DNA of 64,000 nucleotides from Azolla caroliniana (GCA_043228905.1 JBHGNT010000003.1:10788001-10852000), one strand, 5' to 3'; numbered from the stretch's first letter, positions 1 to 13,709 are shown. Made by a program: numbers and translations. The notes: a model not told the origin generated them from the letters alone.

Positions 1-650
1 GGTAAGTTTCTTACTCCCCAATGCAACAAGTTTGACATCTTGATACAAAAATGCCCCTACCACATAATCACTTGCATCGATCTCAACCAACCTCGTAAGG
101 TTTAGATAGGTATGGTAAGAGAAGTGAAGGAGCCTCATATAAATGGTCTTTGAGTGTTTGAAGTGACTTATTTAGATGATCATTCGAAGGGATTGGTTTT
201 GTAGACTTGAGTGTTTGGCCTTTTAAAAGGTTCATAAATAGTGTCGTCAAATGAGAGTAATTGCAAATAGATTTTCATAGAAAGCCCACAAAACCTAAAA
301 ATGAATGTAGCCCACGAATGGTTAGAGGAGTAGGCCATAGCTCGACTTTCTCTATTTGAGAAGGATCAATTTGCACACCTTGTTCAATGATTAAATGTCC
401 AAGATAAGTAATTGACTTCTTGAAAAATTCACATTTTCAATATCTTGGCAGAAAATTGTTTGTCACGTAATGTTTGAAGTATAAAGTAGACATGTATACC
501 ATTTTCATCTAATGTATGGCTATAAATAAGTATATAATCCAAGAATACAATGATAAACTACTCGAGTTGATGTCAAAACATATCATTCATTTTTTGTTGG
601 AATGTGGTTGGAGCATTAATCTAACCAAAATGCATGTAATAGCGGCAAGG
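1..650 (-). pseudogene. Degenerate Ty3/gypsy pol fragment (RT C-terminal half and RNase H start)
   Basis: Manual minus-strand translation gives MHFG*INAPTTFQQKMNDMF...FIIVFLDYILIY (RT motifs MPFGLTNAP / YLDDILIY) and VEIDASDYVVGAFLYQDVKLVALGSKKL (RNase H; resembles ORF 27996-28583). Confidence 0.85.
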
Positions 651-897
651 GTGCTCGCCATAAGGATGGTAGAGTCTAGTTATGCATTGCAAGGTAGGAA
701 CATGAATAGGGAGAAGCAACAAATTGAGAATGTGGTGCGAAGGAAAAGAGGAGACATGTTGAAAGGAATAGGGAAACATATTAATGGTGGCGATAGCAGG
801 ATATGTAAGGAACCAATCAATCTAACGAACAAGGTGGGGTGGTTAGAAGAGGAGGTTAGGGATCATCCCAACAACAAGGCGGAGGCTATCTACAAAG

Positions 898-1353
898 TCA
901 ATTGTATAGAGGATCCGTAACTGTGGGGAGAGGCGGAGGTTTGGAATAAAGAGGGTGGGAAGCAGGCAACTTGGGGAGATCACCTCAACCATGCATTATG
1001 GCATACAGTGAGTGATGGAGTAGCTGAGAGGCAATGGGGGCCTCAAGGAGGGTCGTCACAGGAGTTTGACTATGTTGTGGCGTTTGAAGCCACGACATGT
1101 TGTAAGTAGAAAATTTTCTACAAGAATGTGGTCAAGTGCATAATGTGTGCTCAAGATGGGGTCATACCAAGGAACATAGTCAATTGCAGAGAGGATTCGC
1201 GAGTGTGGGGAGAGGCAGAGGTTTGGAATAAAGAGGGTGCAAAGCAGGCAGTTGAGGTGGATCATCCCAACCATGCATTATGGCATACGGTGAGTGAGGG
1301 AGTAGTTGAGAAGCAGTGGGGGCCGCAAGGAGGGTCATCACAGGAGTTGGACT
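898..1353. repeat. Diverged direct duplication of ~180 bp (about 898-1077 vs 1180-1353)
   Basis: Both copies share gtggggagaggc.gaggtttggaataaagagggtg...aaccatgcattatggcatac...aaggagggtc.tcacaggagtt. Confidence 0.8.
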
Positions 1354-2817
1354 TGTTGAGGATCGACCGGACACAACCGCTTACATGTTCCTTTCCGGGT
1401 GCATAAGAAACAAACAGGGTAATACGCAGACAGAAAACGAGAAGGCAAAAAGATAAGTACAGAGACACAAGGTGTTTTATGTGGAAAACCCGGAAGGGAA
1501 AAAAACCACAGGGGTCCACAAACCCCAAAAAATAGAATCACTAAGTAGAGAGAGGAATACAAGGAGACTCACAGGCACCAACCTCGAGCTCGTCTTCGTC
1601 TAACATACGACGGCTAAGTTACAACTCACACACTCTCTCTCACACTCTTCCTTTCCCTAGTTACAGAGGCAACCACTCACTATAACTTCTTACAACTATA
1701 ATTATTCACACTACTTTACTAAAGTTTGCCCTAGTTGTATTTATACTTATACAACTTTATGGCTATTTACATACATAGCCCACATGGGGCACATTTCGAC
1801 TATTTACAAATATAGTCTCCTGAGTTGGCTATATCCTCGATTTTGGTTTCGGCCTCAACCGAGTTACTCATCAACTAGGCTCTTCTCTTCCAATCCGGAG
1901 GGACCTGTTTCCCAAAAAACTCCCCCTTCACTCCGGCATGGGGCACTTCACCAAACTGACTCTCTATCGGCACGCGTTTACCTTTTCGGCTGACAACACC
2001 TTTGCCAGCATATCCGATCCATTCTCGGCCGTGTGAATCTTCATAAGAACAAAGTCCTTCTCTTCTACTTGATCTCGGAGCCAATGGTATCTCCTCTAGA
2101 TGTGCTTGGTCCTCGAGTGGTAGGCAACAATCTTGGCAAGATGGATGTCACTCTGATTATTGCAGTAGAGTCGGAATTCTTTTGTCCAATTCCCAGCTCA
2201 CCGATAAACTCCTTCATCCATATTATTTCCTTGCCAGTTTTTGCTGCGGCCATATACTCGGCTTCCGTGGTTGAAAATGCCATGACCTTCTGCAGGTTCG
2301 ACTGCCACGAAACAACTCCCCCTACATAAGTCATCACATATCCGGAAATGGATCGGCTGGTATCCACATCAACCGACATGTTCGAGTCCGTGTAACTTTC
2401 CAATGTGGGATTACCCAAGTTGAATCGAAGACACACATTCGAGGTGCCTCTCAGGTACTGAAGTATCCACTTCACAACAACCCAATGATCTCTTCAGGGA
2501 TTGCTCATATATCGGCCGACCACTCCGATTGTGTATCCAATGTCCGACCTGGTACATACCGTCACATACATCAGGCTTTCGACCGCTGAGGCATAAGGGA
2601 CTTTTGACATCTTGGCCTTCTCAATTTTAGATTTTGGGCATTGATCTTTGGTTAGCTTGCATTTCGTCGGTAGTGTCGCGCCGACCGCTTTTGCACTTTC
2701 CATGCCGAATCTCTAGAGCACCTTTGTCACGTATTTCTCTTGTGACAGCCACAATAATTTCTTTGTTCGATCCTGAACAATGTGCATCCCCAAGATTTGC
2801 TTTGCCGAGCCCATATC
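1354..2817 (-). mobile_element. Ty1/copia (Tork/Tnt1-like) fragment A: 3' LTR (1354-1917), PPT, RNase H and RT end
   Basis: LTR edge tgttgag at 1354. PPT (rc of aactcccccttca) at ~1918-1930. ORFs 2065-2475 and 2494-2703 carry YTDSNM..SRSISGY..VSWQSNLQ..STTEAEY and KVPYASAVESLMY. Truncated at ~2817. Confidence 0.88.
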
Positions 2818-5800
2818 TCGGCTTTTGGTCCCCTTAGTTTAGTTGGCTCTGGCTTCAACTCTTTCTTTCGGCCGCTCCATGTGGCTAGTCTCTGCTTAGC
2901 CGATCTTCCTTCATCTGTCCACATGTCCTCGGCTCCTCCAGCCGATTCAGACATTCTGACTTCTTTAGTCGTGCCAAAATCAAATTCTTCATCCAATACG
3001 GGTTTTCAAAATTCGTCTCTCTCCTTCCCTTCTTCACTTCTTCTACATGTCGAGATTCTGTAAGCCAAGCATACTTGAATAAATTCGCAACTTATCAAGG
3101 ATTAGGGGTTTGGTGAAGATGTCGGATGCCTGCCGATCAGTTGGAACATAAAAAAGTTCGACTTCTCCGGAGAGAACTCGCTCGGAGACAAAGTGATAGT
3201 GCACCTCGATGTGCTTTGTCCGGGCGTGGAAGATAGGGTTCTTCACTAACTGGATGCTGCTAAGGTTGTCGCAGTATATGATTGTCGGCTCAGACACCTC
3301 TAGATGCAAATACTTCAATAGCCTTTTGGGCCCAATGGCTTCGCATGTAGCGACATCCGCCCTCGATACTCGACCTTAGTGCTCGATAGTGCCACTATTG
3401 GCTGCATTTTGCTGCTCCAAACGATCACAATGCTTCCCAATGAAAATGTGAATCTAGAAGTTGACCTGCGATCGTTGGCATTTCCGGCCCAATTGGCATC
3501 CGTGTAGCCGACTAACTCTTTGTCTACTCCTACCTGATACAACAACACACTATCCTTAGTGCCACTGACATATCACAATATCCTTTGCACACACTGAAGA
3601 TGTTCGGACTTGGGTTGTGACATGAATTGACTAATCAGGCTGACTAGGTAACTGAGATCTGGCCAAGTGATTTCCAAGTAGATGAGGCTTCAAACAATAT
3701 GTTGGAACCCTGGCGGGTTGCACGCCTTTTCCAGAACCTTGACGAAGCTTAACGTTTCTGTCCAGAGGGGTTGAGATAGATTTGCAATGCGCCATCCCGA
3801 ACTTGAAGAGCATATTCAACACATAGTGGCGTTGGCTGATCAATATGCCTTCAGGGGTTCGAATCACTTCGATCCCGAGGAAGTAATGAAGGTCCCTAGG
3901 ATTCTTCATTTCGAATGATGCCGCGCATTGCGACTTTACATGGACGATTTCCCCGAGGTTGGCACCGGTGATGACAAGATCATCGACATATAGCAGAATG
4001 CTAATTGGTTCGGTCCGACTCGACTGAATGAACAATGAAGAGCCCGATTTCAACGGAGCAAACCCCATCCTATGCAAGCGCTGCATGATCCTCACATTCC
4101 AGGTGCACCGGGCTTGCTTGCGTCTGTATAGCGCCTTTTTCAATCAATCGGCAAACCGCCGAGGTGTTCCGTTTGGATAGAAATCCGGGGGGATGTACCA
4201 TGTACACTTGTTCCTCAAGATCACCTTGCCGGAATGCATTCTTTACATCCATTTGATGTAAATGCCACCCCTTTGCCACGGCCACCGCAAGCAATACAGA
4301 GATGGTTGTCATTTTCGCGACTGGCGCGAAGGTCTCATTGTAATCAATGTTGTGTTTCTGCGCATAGCCCTTGGTCACCAATCGGGCCTTATAATGGTTG
4401 ACCGAGCTATCGATGCTGTACTTCACCTTGTATACCCACTTGCATCTGATCGGCTTCACATTCTTGGGGGTGTCAACCATGTCCCAAGTCTCGTTCTCCG
4501 ATAATGCTCGCATCTCTTCCTCCATCACGGCACGCCAATTTGCCTCCTTCGCCACTTTTACGTAGCTCTCTGGCTTATACCCATATGCCACCTTCTCCAT
4601 ATACGCATAATGATGCGTCATATACTCATATCCTTTCCGAATTACGGGATTCTTTTGGCGGGTGGATCGGCGCAATGCTTGGTTCATCGACTTCTTGGCC
4701 CTCTAGGCTGATTTCGACCTCATTTTCGGAGGTCCCCTTTGCTTTCGGCCGTGTCGGATTCACTTTGATCTGATATTTCGGCCTATGTGGCATACTCCTG
4801 CATCTTCATCTTCCCCTTTTCCTTGTGCGTAAACCGTCTCCTCGATTTGTGCATGGGGACTGCACAACCGAATCTCCACTACTCGCCGACTCAGTCGCTC
4901 ATTCGGCCCACTTGGCCGGAATGAGATCAAACTCTCTTCTAGAGTTTTGATTTCCTCTTCCTCAAGGGGCATCTCGGCCTCACTAGCCTCATCCTTAGAA
5001 TTCGGAATGGGGTGGATGGGAGCTAGAGGTGAAGACAAGTACCACGAAGCCGACTCATCGAAAATGACATCTCAGCTTGGACCTCTTTCGTTCGGGGGTT
5101 ATAACACTTATAACCCTTCTGCTCATCCGAGTAGCCAACAAGAATGCACTTCTCGGCTTTCGCATCTAGCTTCTTCCGCTTCTCCTTCAGCACATGCACA
5201 TATGCAATGCTACTGAAAACCCTCAAGTGTGTGGAATTCGGTTCCTTCCCGAAATACAGTTCGTGTGGCCACACTCCATTTGCATAAGTCTGATTCTGCA
5301 GGTATACCGCCGTCCTAATGGTTTCGGCGGAGTAAATTTTGGCATATGCTTCTTTTCAAGCATTGCCCTAGCCACTTCTTTGATCATCCAATTCTTCCTT
5401 TCGGCCATGCCGTTCTGTTGCGGTAGATTTTGCGTCGAATTCCTTTCTTTTGCAGATAGGTAAAGAACTGGTCGGAAAAGTACTTTTTCCCGCCATCGGT
5501 CCTGAGGCACTTGATTTTTCGGCCTGTTTCCCGTTCGGCAAGGCTCTTTACCTTTAAAAAGCAGGAGAAAACTTCTCTCTTCTTCTCGATTAAGCACGCC
5601 CAAGTGTGCGAAGTGTAGTCATCGATGAAGGTTACAAAGTAATGACTGTCACCAATACTCATGTTTTGCGATGGTCCCCATACATCTGAATTGATTAAAT
5701 CGGGCTTGTTTCGGCTCCTATTTTTTTTCAATTGGGAATGGAAGTCGCTGATGCTTCCCCAAATGGCAGGCTTCGCAAACTTGGCTATTTCGGCCACTGA

Positions 5801-6490
5801 ATTTCGGGAAGCCGAAAACGATGTTTTTCGTCTGCATCTCCCAAAACCGCGAGAAGTTGATGTGGCCGAACCACTTGTGCCACAAGTCGATACTCGATTC
5901 GACTTTTTGCCCTTTTGCAAACATAGCAATGCCTACGTCGTTCGTCTCGAGGATGAACATCCTCCCTTCTTGGCACCCTTGTGCTATTATCCTGCTTGCT
6001 TCTTTGATGAAGAACCTAAAATGAGTCAATCGAACTTACATGCACTGATCGACAATCTGTCCAAATACCACCAAGTTCTTGGTGATTGTCGGCACATGCA
6101 AGACAATTCTCATGATTCCCTTCTGGCTGATATGGTTCTGAGGGACATCTCCGATGTGTTCGATGGGGTGAGGGGTGTCATTGCCAATTTCGATGAACCC
6201 CGGCTGCTCCGGCCTTTCCAGAGTCAAGAACCACTCCTTGTGATTTGTCATGTGGTTCGATGCACCCGAATCCACATACCACACCTCATTTGAAATTTTT
6301 GTGCTTTGTGTTGGCTTTGTGCTTAACCACGACGGCTAGGCCCGTTTTGGCTCGCCCTGAGCCTTTGGCATAGTGCGATCTCTGATGCCTATCCGTGTCT
6401 CCTCGGCTCGATCTGGCCTTGTACAAATTGGCTTGCTTTTACCATTACTCGCTCTCTGTGTGGCCCTTTCGGCCATAGTATGAACATTTA
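2818..6490 (-). mobile_element. Ty1/copia internal fragment B1 (gag end, PR, INT, RT, RH), no LTRs, same family as B2
   Basis: WYVDSGASNHMT (PR), LWHKWFGH and SDVWGP..FIDDY (INT), CKWVYKVK..HQMDVKNAF and LLYVDDL (RT), YTDANWAG and YCDNLSSI..RTKHIEVHYHF (RH). Many frameshifts. Confidence 0.92.
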
Positions 6491-7385
6491 GCAAAAGAGT
6501 CATAGATACAAAACTTAGATATGCTGAAACGTATAGACAAAACAGAAAACAATAAGATCACAAAATACACTATGCACACTGTTTTACATGGAAAACCTAA
6601 ACGGGGAAATAACCACAGGAACAGAGCTTCACTATACAGTAGATATAGAAATAGAGAAGATTACAACACTCTCTGTGGAGTATGTTAGCCTCACAAGGGT
6701 CTTGGTGCCTGATGTTTCACACACAGAGCTATGACGCCGCTCTCTCACTCTTCTTCCTCTCTCGCTTCACTACAACACTCTTACTCTCTCTTTCAGTTCT
6801 ACGTTCTGGTGAGCATGTCGAATCCATTGTCGTCAGTATGAATCTTCAGAAGGGAAAACTTTCCTTCATCTACCTTTTCTTGCAACCAATGATACCTCCT
6901 TTGTATATGGTTGGTCTGAGAGTGGTATGCAACGTTCTTTGCAAGATGTATGGCACTTTGATTATCACAGTGGAGCAAGAATTCTTCTTGCTTCATCCCA
7001 AGTTCACTAAGGAAACTCTTCATCCAAATCAGCTCCTTGCTGGCCTCTACCGCTACTATATACTCTGCCTCTGTGGTCGACAAGGCCATAGACTTCTGCA
7101 GTCGTGACTGCCATGACACTAGTCCCCCTACATAGGTCATCACATACCCTGACGTGGATCGGCTCGAGTCTGCATCCCCTAACATTTCCGAATTGGTAAA
7201 CCCTTTGAGCATGGGTTTTTCAACACCATACCTTAGGCATACCCCCAAGGTGCCTTTTAAGTACCCGAGTATCCACTTCACTGTTGCCTAGTGTTCTCGT
7301 CCTGGATTACTCATATATCAGCTTAATGTTCCCACAACAAATGCTATGTCTAGTCTAGTGCAGACCATAGCATACATTAAACTCC
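6491..7385 (-). mobile_element. Tork-like copia fragment: partial LTR (~6491-6790) joined to RT end and RNase H (6795-7385)
   Basis: LTR piece resembles element C LTRs (tggaaaacc..aaccac..cttcactat..agtagatata). ORF 6799-7281 has KWILGYLKGT..SRSTSGY..STTEAEY..HCDNQSAIHLAKN. Confidence 0.82.
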
Positions 7386-7656
7386 CAAAGTATATCCTTC
7401 GCGGAATATACTTTGGGAGTTAATGTAGAGCTCATTTATGAGCATTGAAGTACGTGTCAGTACTCCTATCAGTCCGTATGGACTTGTATAAAAGTGCTCA
7501 TTGAGCACATCCTATGTACAGATTGAGTATTATTTTTGAATTGAGTTTTGTGCTCTCTCTCTCTCTCTCCTGTGTATTGTGTATATTCAAGCTCTCCATT
7601 AAACTTATGTTTCTGTGTTCGGTTTTCTATTGCTTCCGCATGCTATTCTTTTTACA

Positions 7657-7668
7657 TGGTATCAAAGC
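7657..7668 (+). promoter_or_regulatory. Primer-binding site (tRNA-iMet) of B2
   Basis: tggtatcaaagc directly after LTR end ...tttaca; one mismatch to TGGTATCAGAGC. Confidence 0.9.
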
Positions 7669-7753
7669 GCGAGGGTTGAGAACCTCTACAACCGACCTTA
7701 GCTCAAGAAGAAAACCTAACCTTCGTAAAAAATAGAAAAAACAAACAAACAAA

Positions 7754-10700
7754 ATGGAAAGAGGCATGGCTAGCTCGCTTCCAACAGAGAAGCTCGATAG
7801 AAATAACTACGCGTCTTGGTCTTACAAGATGCACCAGTACCTGCTCGGGCACGGTTATTGGAGCTATGTCGACGGAGCAAATGACACAACACCCGATTCG
7901 ACACACAAAGACTTCCCGGCTTGGGAAAAGTTGGCGAGCAGAGTTCTCTACTGCTTTGCGTCTTGTGTGGGCGAACAACTTCTGAGCTATATTTGGGATG
8001 CGAAAACGACGAAAGATGCTTGGGTAAATTTGAAGAAGATTTTTGCCGCAAGCACCATAGCTAGGAAGCTTCAACTCCGACAAGAGCTGAGCAACTTATG
8101 ACAACGCAACTTGTCGGTGGCTCATTACACCTCGAAGATCAAAGAGATATGTGACTCCTTAGCCTCTATCGATGTGAACGTCGAGGAAGGCGAGATGGTG
8201 CAGATCTGTCTTGGGGGACTGGCGTTGAAGTTCGGAGCATTCCGAACTACTGTGTGTACATGGGAGAATACGCCGTTGTTTTTCGACCTACAGTCGATGC
8301 TCCTTATAGAGGAGAACCACGCGGGTGCGTCGATGAACACGCATGTCGACAACAAGATGTTGTACATGGAGGGAGATAGGCCCCGTGATCGTGGCGGACG
8401 AGGCGAGTCGGCACGCAATGGAAGCGGCCGACGGGATCAAGGAAGAAGGCACTGAAGTGATGCCGACAACAATTTTGGACCCTTCGGAAATAGGGGGAGT
8501 CGAGGCGATGAGAACTGGCAAGGGAAATCCGCCGCGGAATGCTGGTATTGTGGCAAGAAAGGCCACAAGGAGAGAGAGTGCTGGAAGAAGCACGTCAATT
8601 CGGAGAGGACCGGATCCGGATCAGGTTCTGGACAAACTGACAAGGGTAATCAACAATGATCGCACTACGCCGAAGGATCCGGAAAAGCCGGAGAAGGGTC
8701 AACCTTCGTGACGAGACATGAAACGAACTTGATAAAGAAGTCAACCCTGAAATCGAAGAAGGTGTGGTACGTCGACTCCGGCGCATCAAACCACATGATG
8801 TGCCACAAGGAGTGGTTCTCATACCTTGAGAAACCGATGCAACCGGGAGTAGTCGCAACTGGAGACGACACTCCGCATCCGATCGTGAATGTCGGTGAAG
8901 TTCCCCAGAGCCATGTTGGGCAGAAAGGGAAACTCATGAACGTGTTACACGTCCTGAAAATCACGAAGAATCTGGTGTTGGTCGGGTAGATCGTCGACCA
9001 GGGGATGCAAGTCCTGTTCATGCACCTCGGGTGCTTCATCGAGGAAGAAGGCCGAGTTATTGCGCAAGGGCGCAGAGACGGGAGGATGTTTATCCTCGAC
9101 TCTAGTGACGGTGGCACCACAATGTTCGTGAAAGGACAAAATGTTGAGTCAGATATCGACTTATGGCACAAGCGGATAGGCCACGTCAACTATCAACGGC
9201 TTCAGGACCTGCAATCGAAATAGGTGGTATTCGGATTGCCCAAATTTAGTGGCCGGAAGGTAGAAATTGTGAAGCTTGCCACCTAGGAAGCAACACCGAC
9301 TTCCTTTCCCTAACGAGCGTAACTGAAGTTGGAACAAGCTCAACTTGATACATTCTGATGTATGGGGGCTGGCACAAAACGTTAGTCTTGGCGGGAGTCG
9401 ATATTTTGTCTCCTTCATCGACGACTATGTGCGGCACACGTGGATCTACCTCATTGAGAAGAAGAGTGAAGTCTTCGACTGTTTCCGGGACCTCAAGAGC
9501 TTTGTTGAAAGGGAAACAGGAAGAAAGATCAAGTGCCTGCGGTTAGATGGCGGAAAAGAGTACTTTTCTGGTCAATTCAACGGGTATCTGCAACAGATGG
9601 GAATTCAACGCAAATTCAGTTGCAGATATACGCTGGAGCAAAACGGCGTGGCCAAAAGGAAAAATCGGTCGGTTGTGGAAGCGGCGCAGGCAATGCTGGA
9701 AGAAAAGAGCTTGCCCAAGTTCTCTTGGGCCGAGGCAGTACGAAGCACGGTGTACATCCAGAATTGGATCAGAGACAAAGTGTCAGCACATGAGCTGTAT
9801 TTTGGAAGGAAGCCGAATCTACGACACTTGAAAGTTTTCGGTAACATTGCATATGTGCATGTGCCGAAGGAGAAGCGAAGGAAGCTGGACGCGAAAGCTG
9901 AGAAGTGTATCTTGGTCAGCTATTCGGACGAGTAGAAGGGTTATAAATGCTATAAGCCCCGAACCAAACAAGCTCGCGTGAGCCGCGACGTTGTGTTTGA
10001 CGAGTTAGCGTCCTGGTACTTGCTTCCGACTCCTGACCTCAATTCCAATCCGAGCTCTTACGATGAGGTCAGCAAGGCTGAAGTGCCTCTGGATGAGGGT
10101 GAAATCGAGACCCTCGAAGAGAGTCTGATATTGTTTCAGTTGAGTGGACCGAATGGACGACTGAGTCGGGTTCACCAATCCGAAGAAGAGCCGGCGAATA
10201 GTGGAGACTCGGCCATGCATTCCTCGCATAGGAAGCCGAGGAGACGGCTTACGCGCAAGGTAAAAGGGAAGAAGAAGGTGTCGGATTACGACACGGATAG
10301 GAACGAGTCGGATAGACGCAAGTCCGACTCCGAGGGAAGTGATGACGAGTCTTTGAGAGTGAAGTCCGTGTCCGCTGAGAAAGCCTCAACATCAACTAAT
10401 GAGCAATTACGCCGATCTACCCGCGAGAAGAACCCTGTTTTGCGGTTCGGATACAATGAGTACATGGCGCATCACTATGCGTACATGACCCATGTAGCGG
10501 AAGTGCGTGAACTGGAGAGCTACGTAGAAACGGCGAAGGACGCAAATTGGCGTGCCGCAATGGAGGAAGAGATGCACGCATTGGTGGAAAATGAAATCTG
10601 GGACCTGGTTGACGCACCGAAAGGTGTGAAGCCGATCGTATGTAGGTGGATGTACAAGGTCAAGTACAACACCGACGGCTCAGTCAACCGGTACAAGGCC

Positions 10701-12545
10701 CAATTAGTAGCAAAAGGCTACCTGTAGCAACATGACATCTACTATGATGAGATGTTTGTACCGATTGCGAAGATGACGATCGTCCGCGTGTTGCTCGCAG
10801 TAGCTGCGGCGAAGGGGTGGCACCTACATCAGATGGATGTAAAGAATGCGTTCCTACAAGGTGAGCTTGAGGAACATGTGTACATGGTACAACCCCTTGG
10901 ATTTCACCTCGGAACGAACACCTCGGCGGTGTGCCGGTTGAAGAAGTCCCTTTACGGACTAAAGCAAGCCCTGCGTGCCTGGAACGTGAAGATCATGCAA
11001 CGATTGCGTCGGATGGGCTTTGCGATGTCAAAATCGGACTCCTCACTGTTCATCCAGAAAGGTCGACTCGGGCCGGTTAGCATTTTTCTTTATGTTGATG
11101 ACTTGGTCATCACCGGCGCCGAACTAGGTGAGATTGACCGCGTGAAGCTCCAGCTTGCGGCATCATTCGACATGAAGGATTTGGGGGACCTTCATTACCT
11201 CCTCGGGATTGAAGTGATCCGCACCCCCGAAGGCATATTGATCAGCCAACGTCATTACGCGCTGCATATGCTCTTCAAGTTCGGGATGGAAAATTGTAAG
11301 CCCATCTCAACCTCTTTGGATAGAAATGTGAAGCTTCGCCCATATTCGGGAAAAGCGTGTGACCTGACACGGTTCCGAGAGATTGTCGGAATCCTCATCT
11401 ATTTGACTATTACTCGGCCGAACCTCAATTACCCAGTCGGACTAATCAGTCAATTCATGTCGCAGCCTACGGCAGAACACTTTCAGTGCGCGCAAAGGAT
11501 ATTGCGATATGTCACCGGCATGAAAGACATGGCGTTGCTATATTAAGCAGGCATTGTCGAACAGTTAGTCGGCTACACGGATGCCGATTGGGCCAGAAAT
11601 GCCAACGATCGTAGATCCATATCCGGATATGCATTCTCTCTAGGAAGTGCGGTGATTGCGTGGAGCAATAAGAAACAACCGGCAATAGCACTGTCGAGCA
11701 CGGAGGCCGAGGATCGAGGGGTGACTATCGCTACGTGCGAAGTCATTTGGCTGAAATGGTTACTTAAGGATCTGCAGGTGGGGGTATCCGATCCAACGAC
11801 AATCTACTATGACAACCTCAACAACATCCAGCTAGCAAAGAACCCTGTCTTCCACGCCCGGACTAAGCACATTGAGGTGCACTACCATTTCGTCCATGAG
11901 CGTGTCCTCTCTATTGATGTCGAACTTTAGTATGTTCTGACAGATCGGTAAACCGCCGACATCTTCAACAAGCCTCTTTGTCTGGACAAGTTGCGGCAAT
12001 TCTTGGGTGTGCTAGGGTTGCGTCACCTCGACGTGCCGAACTTGAGGGGGAGAGACATCCTGGATTACCACGTAAGGGGGAGAGAAGTTCCGGAAGACCG
12101 CGACGCCGAGTCGGATGACGAATTTGTTTTTGGATCGGCTGAAGAAGTCGAGGGTGGATCCGTGGAAGATTCCGAAAGCGGACATAAGGGGAGCAGTCAA
12201 AAGAAAGAGCCGAAGCCAACCAAGCGTTTGGGAGACGAAGCCATCAAGGGCGAGAAGACCGAAGTCAAGTTGGAGACAACCAACTCGGACGAAAGCGAGT
12301 CGGTTCGGCTGTTTGATTCGGATATGCCGAATCAACTGAGGGCCAAGCGGAAGAGAAGGTAGCAAAAGAAGCGCCAACCCCATGACAACAACGGAGCTGA
12401 GAAGGGCCGCACGAGCACGCAAGCCATCCGGAAGAGTCGAGGCGTGCGGAATCGAACAGGTCAAGGAGCGCGAGCAAGCCGTGAAGCCAGAAGGAAACAG
12501 AGCGTAGATCTGGAAGAGCGGATGGAACCTCAAGTTGAGCTTGAG
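7754..12545 (+). pseudogene. copia gag-pol of B2 with stops and frameshifts
   Basis: KLDRNNYASWSYKM (gag N-term), CWYCGKKGHKEREC knuckle (~8560), WYVDSGASNHM, HSDVWG..FIDDY..QNGVAKRKN, HQMDVKNAFLQG..LYVDDL, RTKHIEVHYHF. Confidence 0.93.
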
Positions 12546-12876
12546 GGGGAGTGTTGAGATACAACCTCAACATTGGCCGTATTGGCTGTGCATGCAAAGA
12601 ACCAGATCGGTTGGGACCGATTGGTTAGGCCAGACTAGTGCGTAAACCAGTGCGTAGATTGGTGCGTAACAAGAAGCTGTAGTGGTGCGTAAACCGCGAG
12701 GCCGTTGGAAAGATATTCCGCGAAGGAATATACTTTGGGAGTTAGTGTAGAGCTCATTTATGAGCATTGAAGTACGTGTCAGTACACCTATCAGTCTGTA
12801 TGGACTTGTATAAAAGTGCTCACTGAGCACATCCTATGTACAGATTGAGTATTATTTTTGAATTGAGTTTTGTGTG

Positions 12877-12907
<31 letters not shown>

Positions 12908-13250
12908 GCGTACTGTGTATATTCAAGCTCTCCATTAAACCCGTGTTTCTGTGTTCGGTTTTCTATTGCTTCCACATGCTATTCTTTTTATAGTTGAGTA
13001 ATCATTCGGTCAAATAGCAATAAATGAACTGTGCTGAAATAAGAATCACACTAGTATGCCAGAGAGAGACACAAGATAAACAATAGTGCACAGATATTTA
13101 CGTGGAAACCCTAAAATGGGAGAAAACCATGGAGAATAGAACTTCACTATGTATAGTAGATATACAATAGAGGGTATGTCACAACACTCCTTCGAGTGTA
13201 TCAACCACGCAGGGCTCTTGGCGTCTGTTGTTACACACACAGCTATGGCG

Positions 13251-13251
<1 letters not shown>

Positions 13252-13287
<36 letters not shown>

Positions 13288-13296
13288 CTCTCTCTC

Positions 13297-13341
<45 letters not shown>
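13252..13341. repeat. (CA)n(CT)n compound microsatellite inside LTR of C; counterpart at 18061-18121
   Basis: Directly visible; lengths differ between the two LTRs. Confidence 0.95.
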
Positions 13342-13347
<6 letters not shown>

Positions 13348-13709
13348 ACACGCTCTCACACTCTCACGCTACTTCTGTTCTGCTCACTTTTTTTTTTCAC
13401 TCACGTTTTGTCCTAAGGGTAAATTTATACTTATACATTGTATGGGCTATTTACAAATGTAGCCTCTGCTACATATCATTATTATTATTGCTATAATAAT
13501 AATAGTCAAACTATCAAATAGTCGACTCATTGTTTTCGACTCTTCAACTGTCAGTTTTCCAAACAATTGGATCTTCCCTATCTTCAATTGTCGGCACTCC
13601 TTGGTCTGATCAGTAGGCTCCTCATAGTCATCGACTGTCAGCAACTTCTGGATAGTCGGTTCCTCCTCCCACTGGAGGGACATATTACCAACAAACTTCC
13701 CCTTCACTC

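Larger units (their letters stand above)
7381..12992 (+). mobile_element. Ty1/copia element B2: 5'-truncated 5' LTR (7381-7656), iMet PBS, disrupted gag-pol, PPT, 3' LTR (12552-12992)
   Basis: 7400-7656 matches 12725-12992. PBS tggtatcaaagc at 7657. PPT ttgagggggag at 12541-12551. Confidence 0.95.

Noticed and set aside
516-920. 134-aa plus-strand ORF as a host gene
   Set aside because: It overlaps a degenerate gypsy RT on the opposite strand and has no recognisable domain.
13046-13707. ORFs with HTHT/LSLS runs
   Set aside because: Translations of LTR microsatellites.
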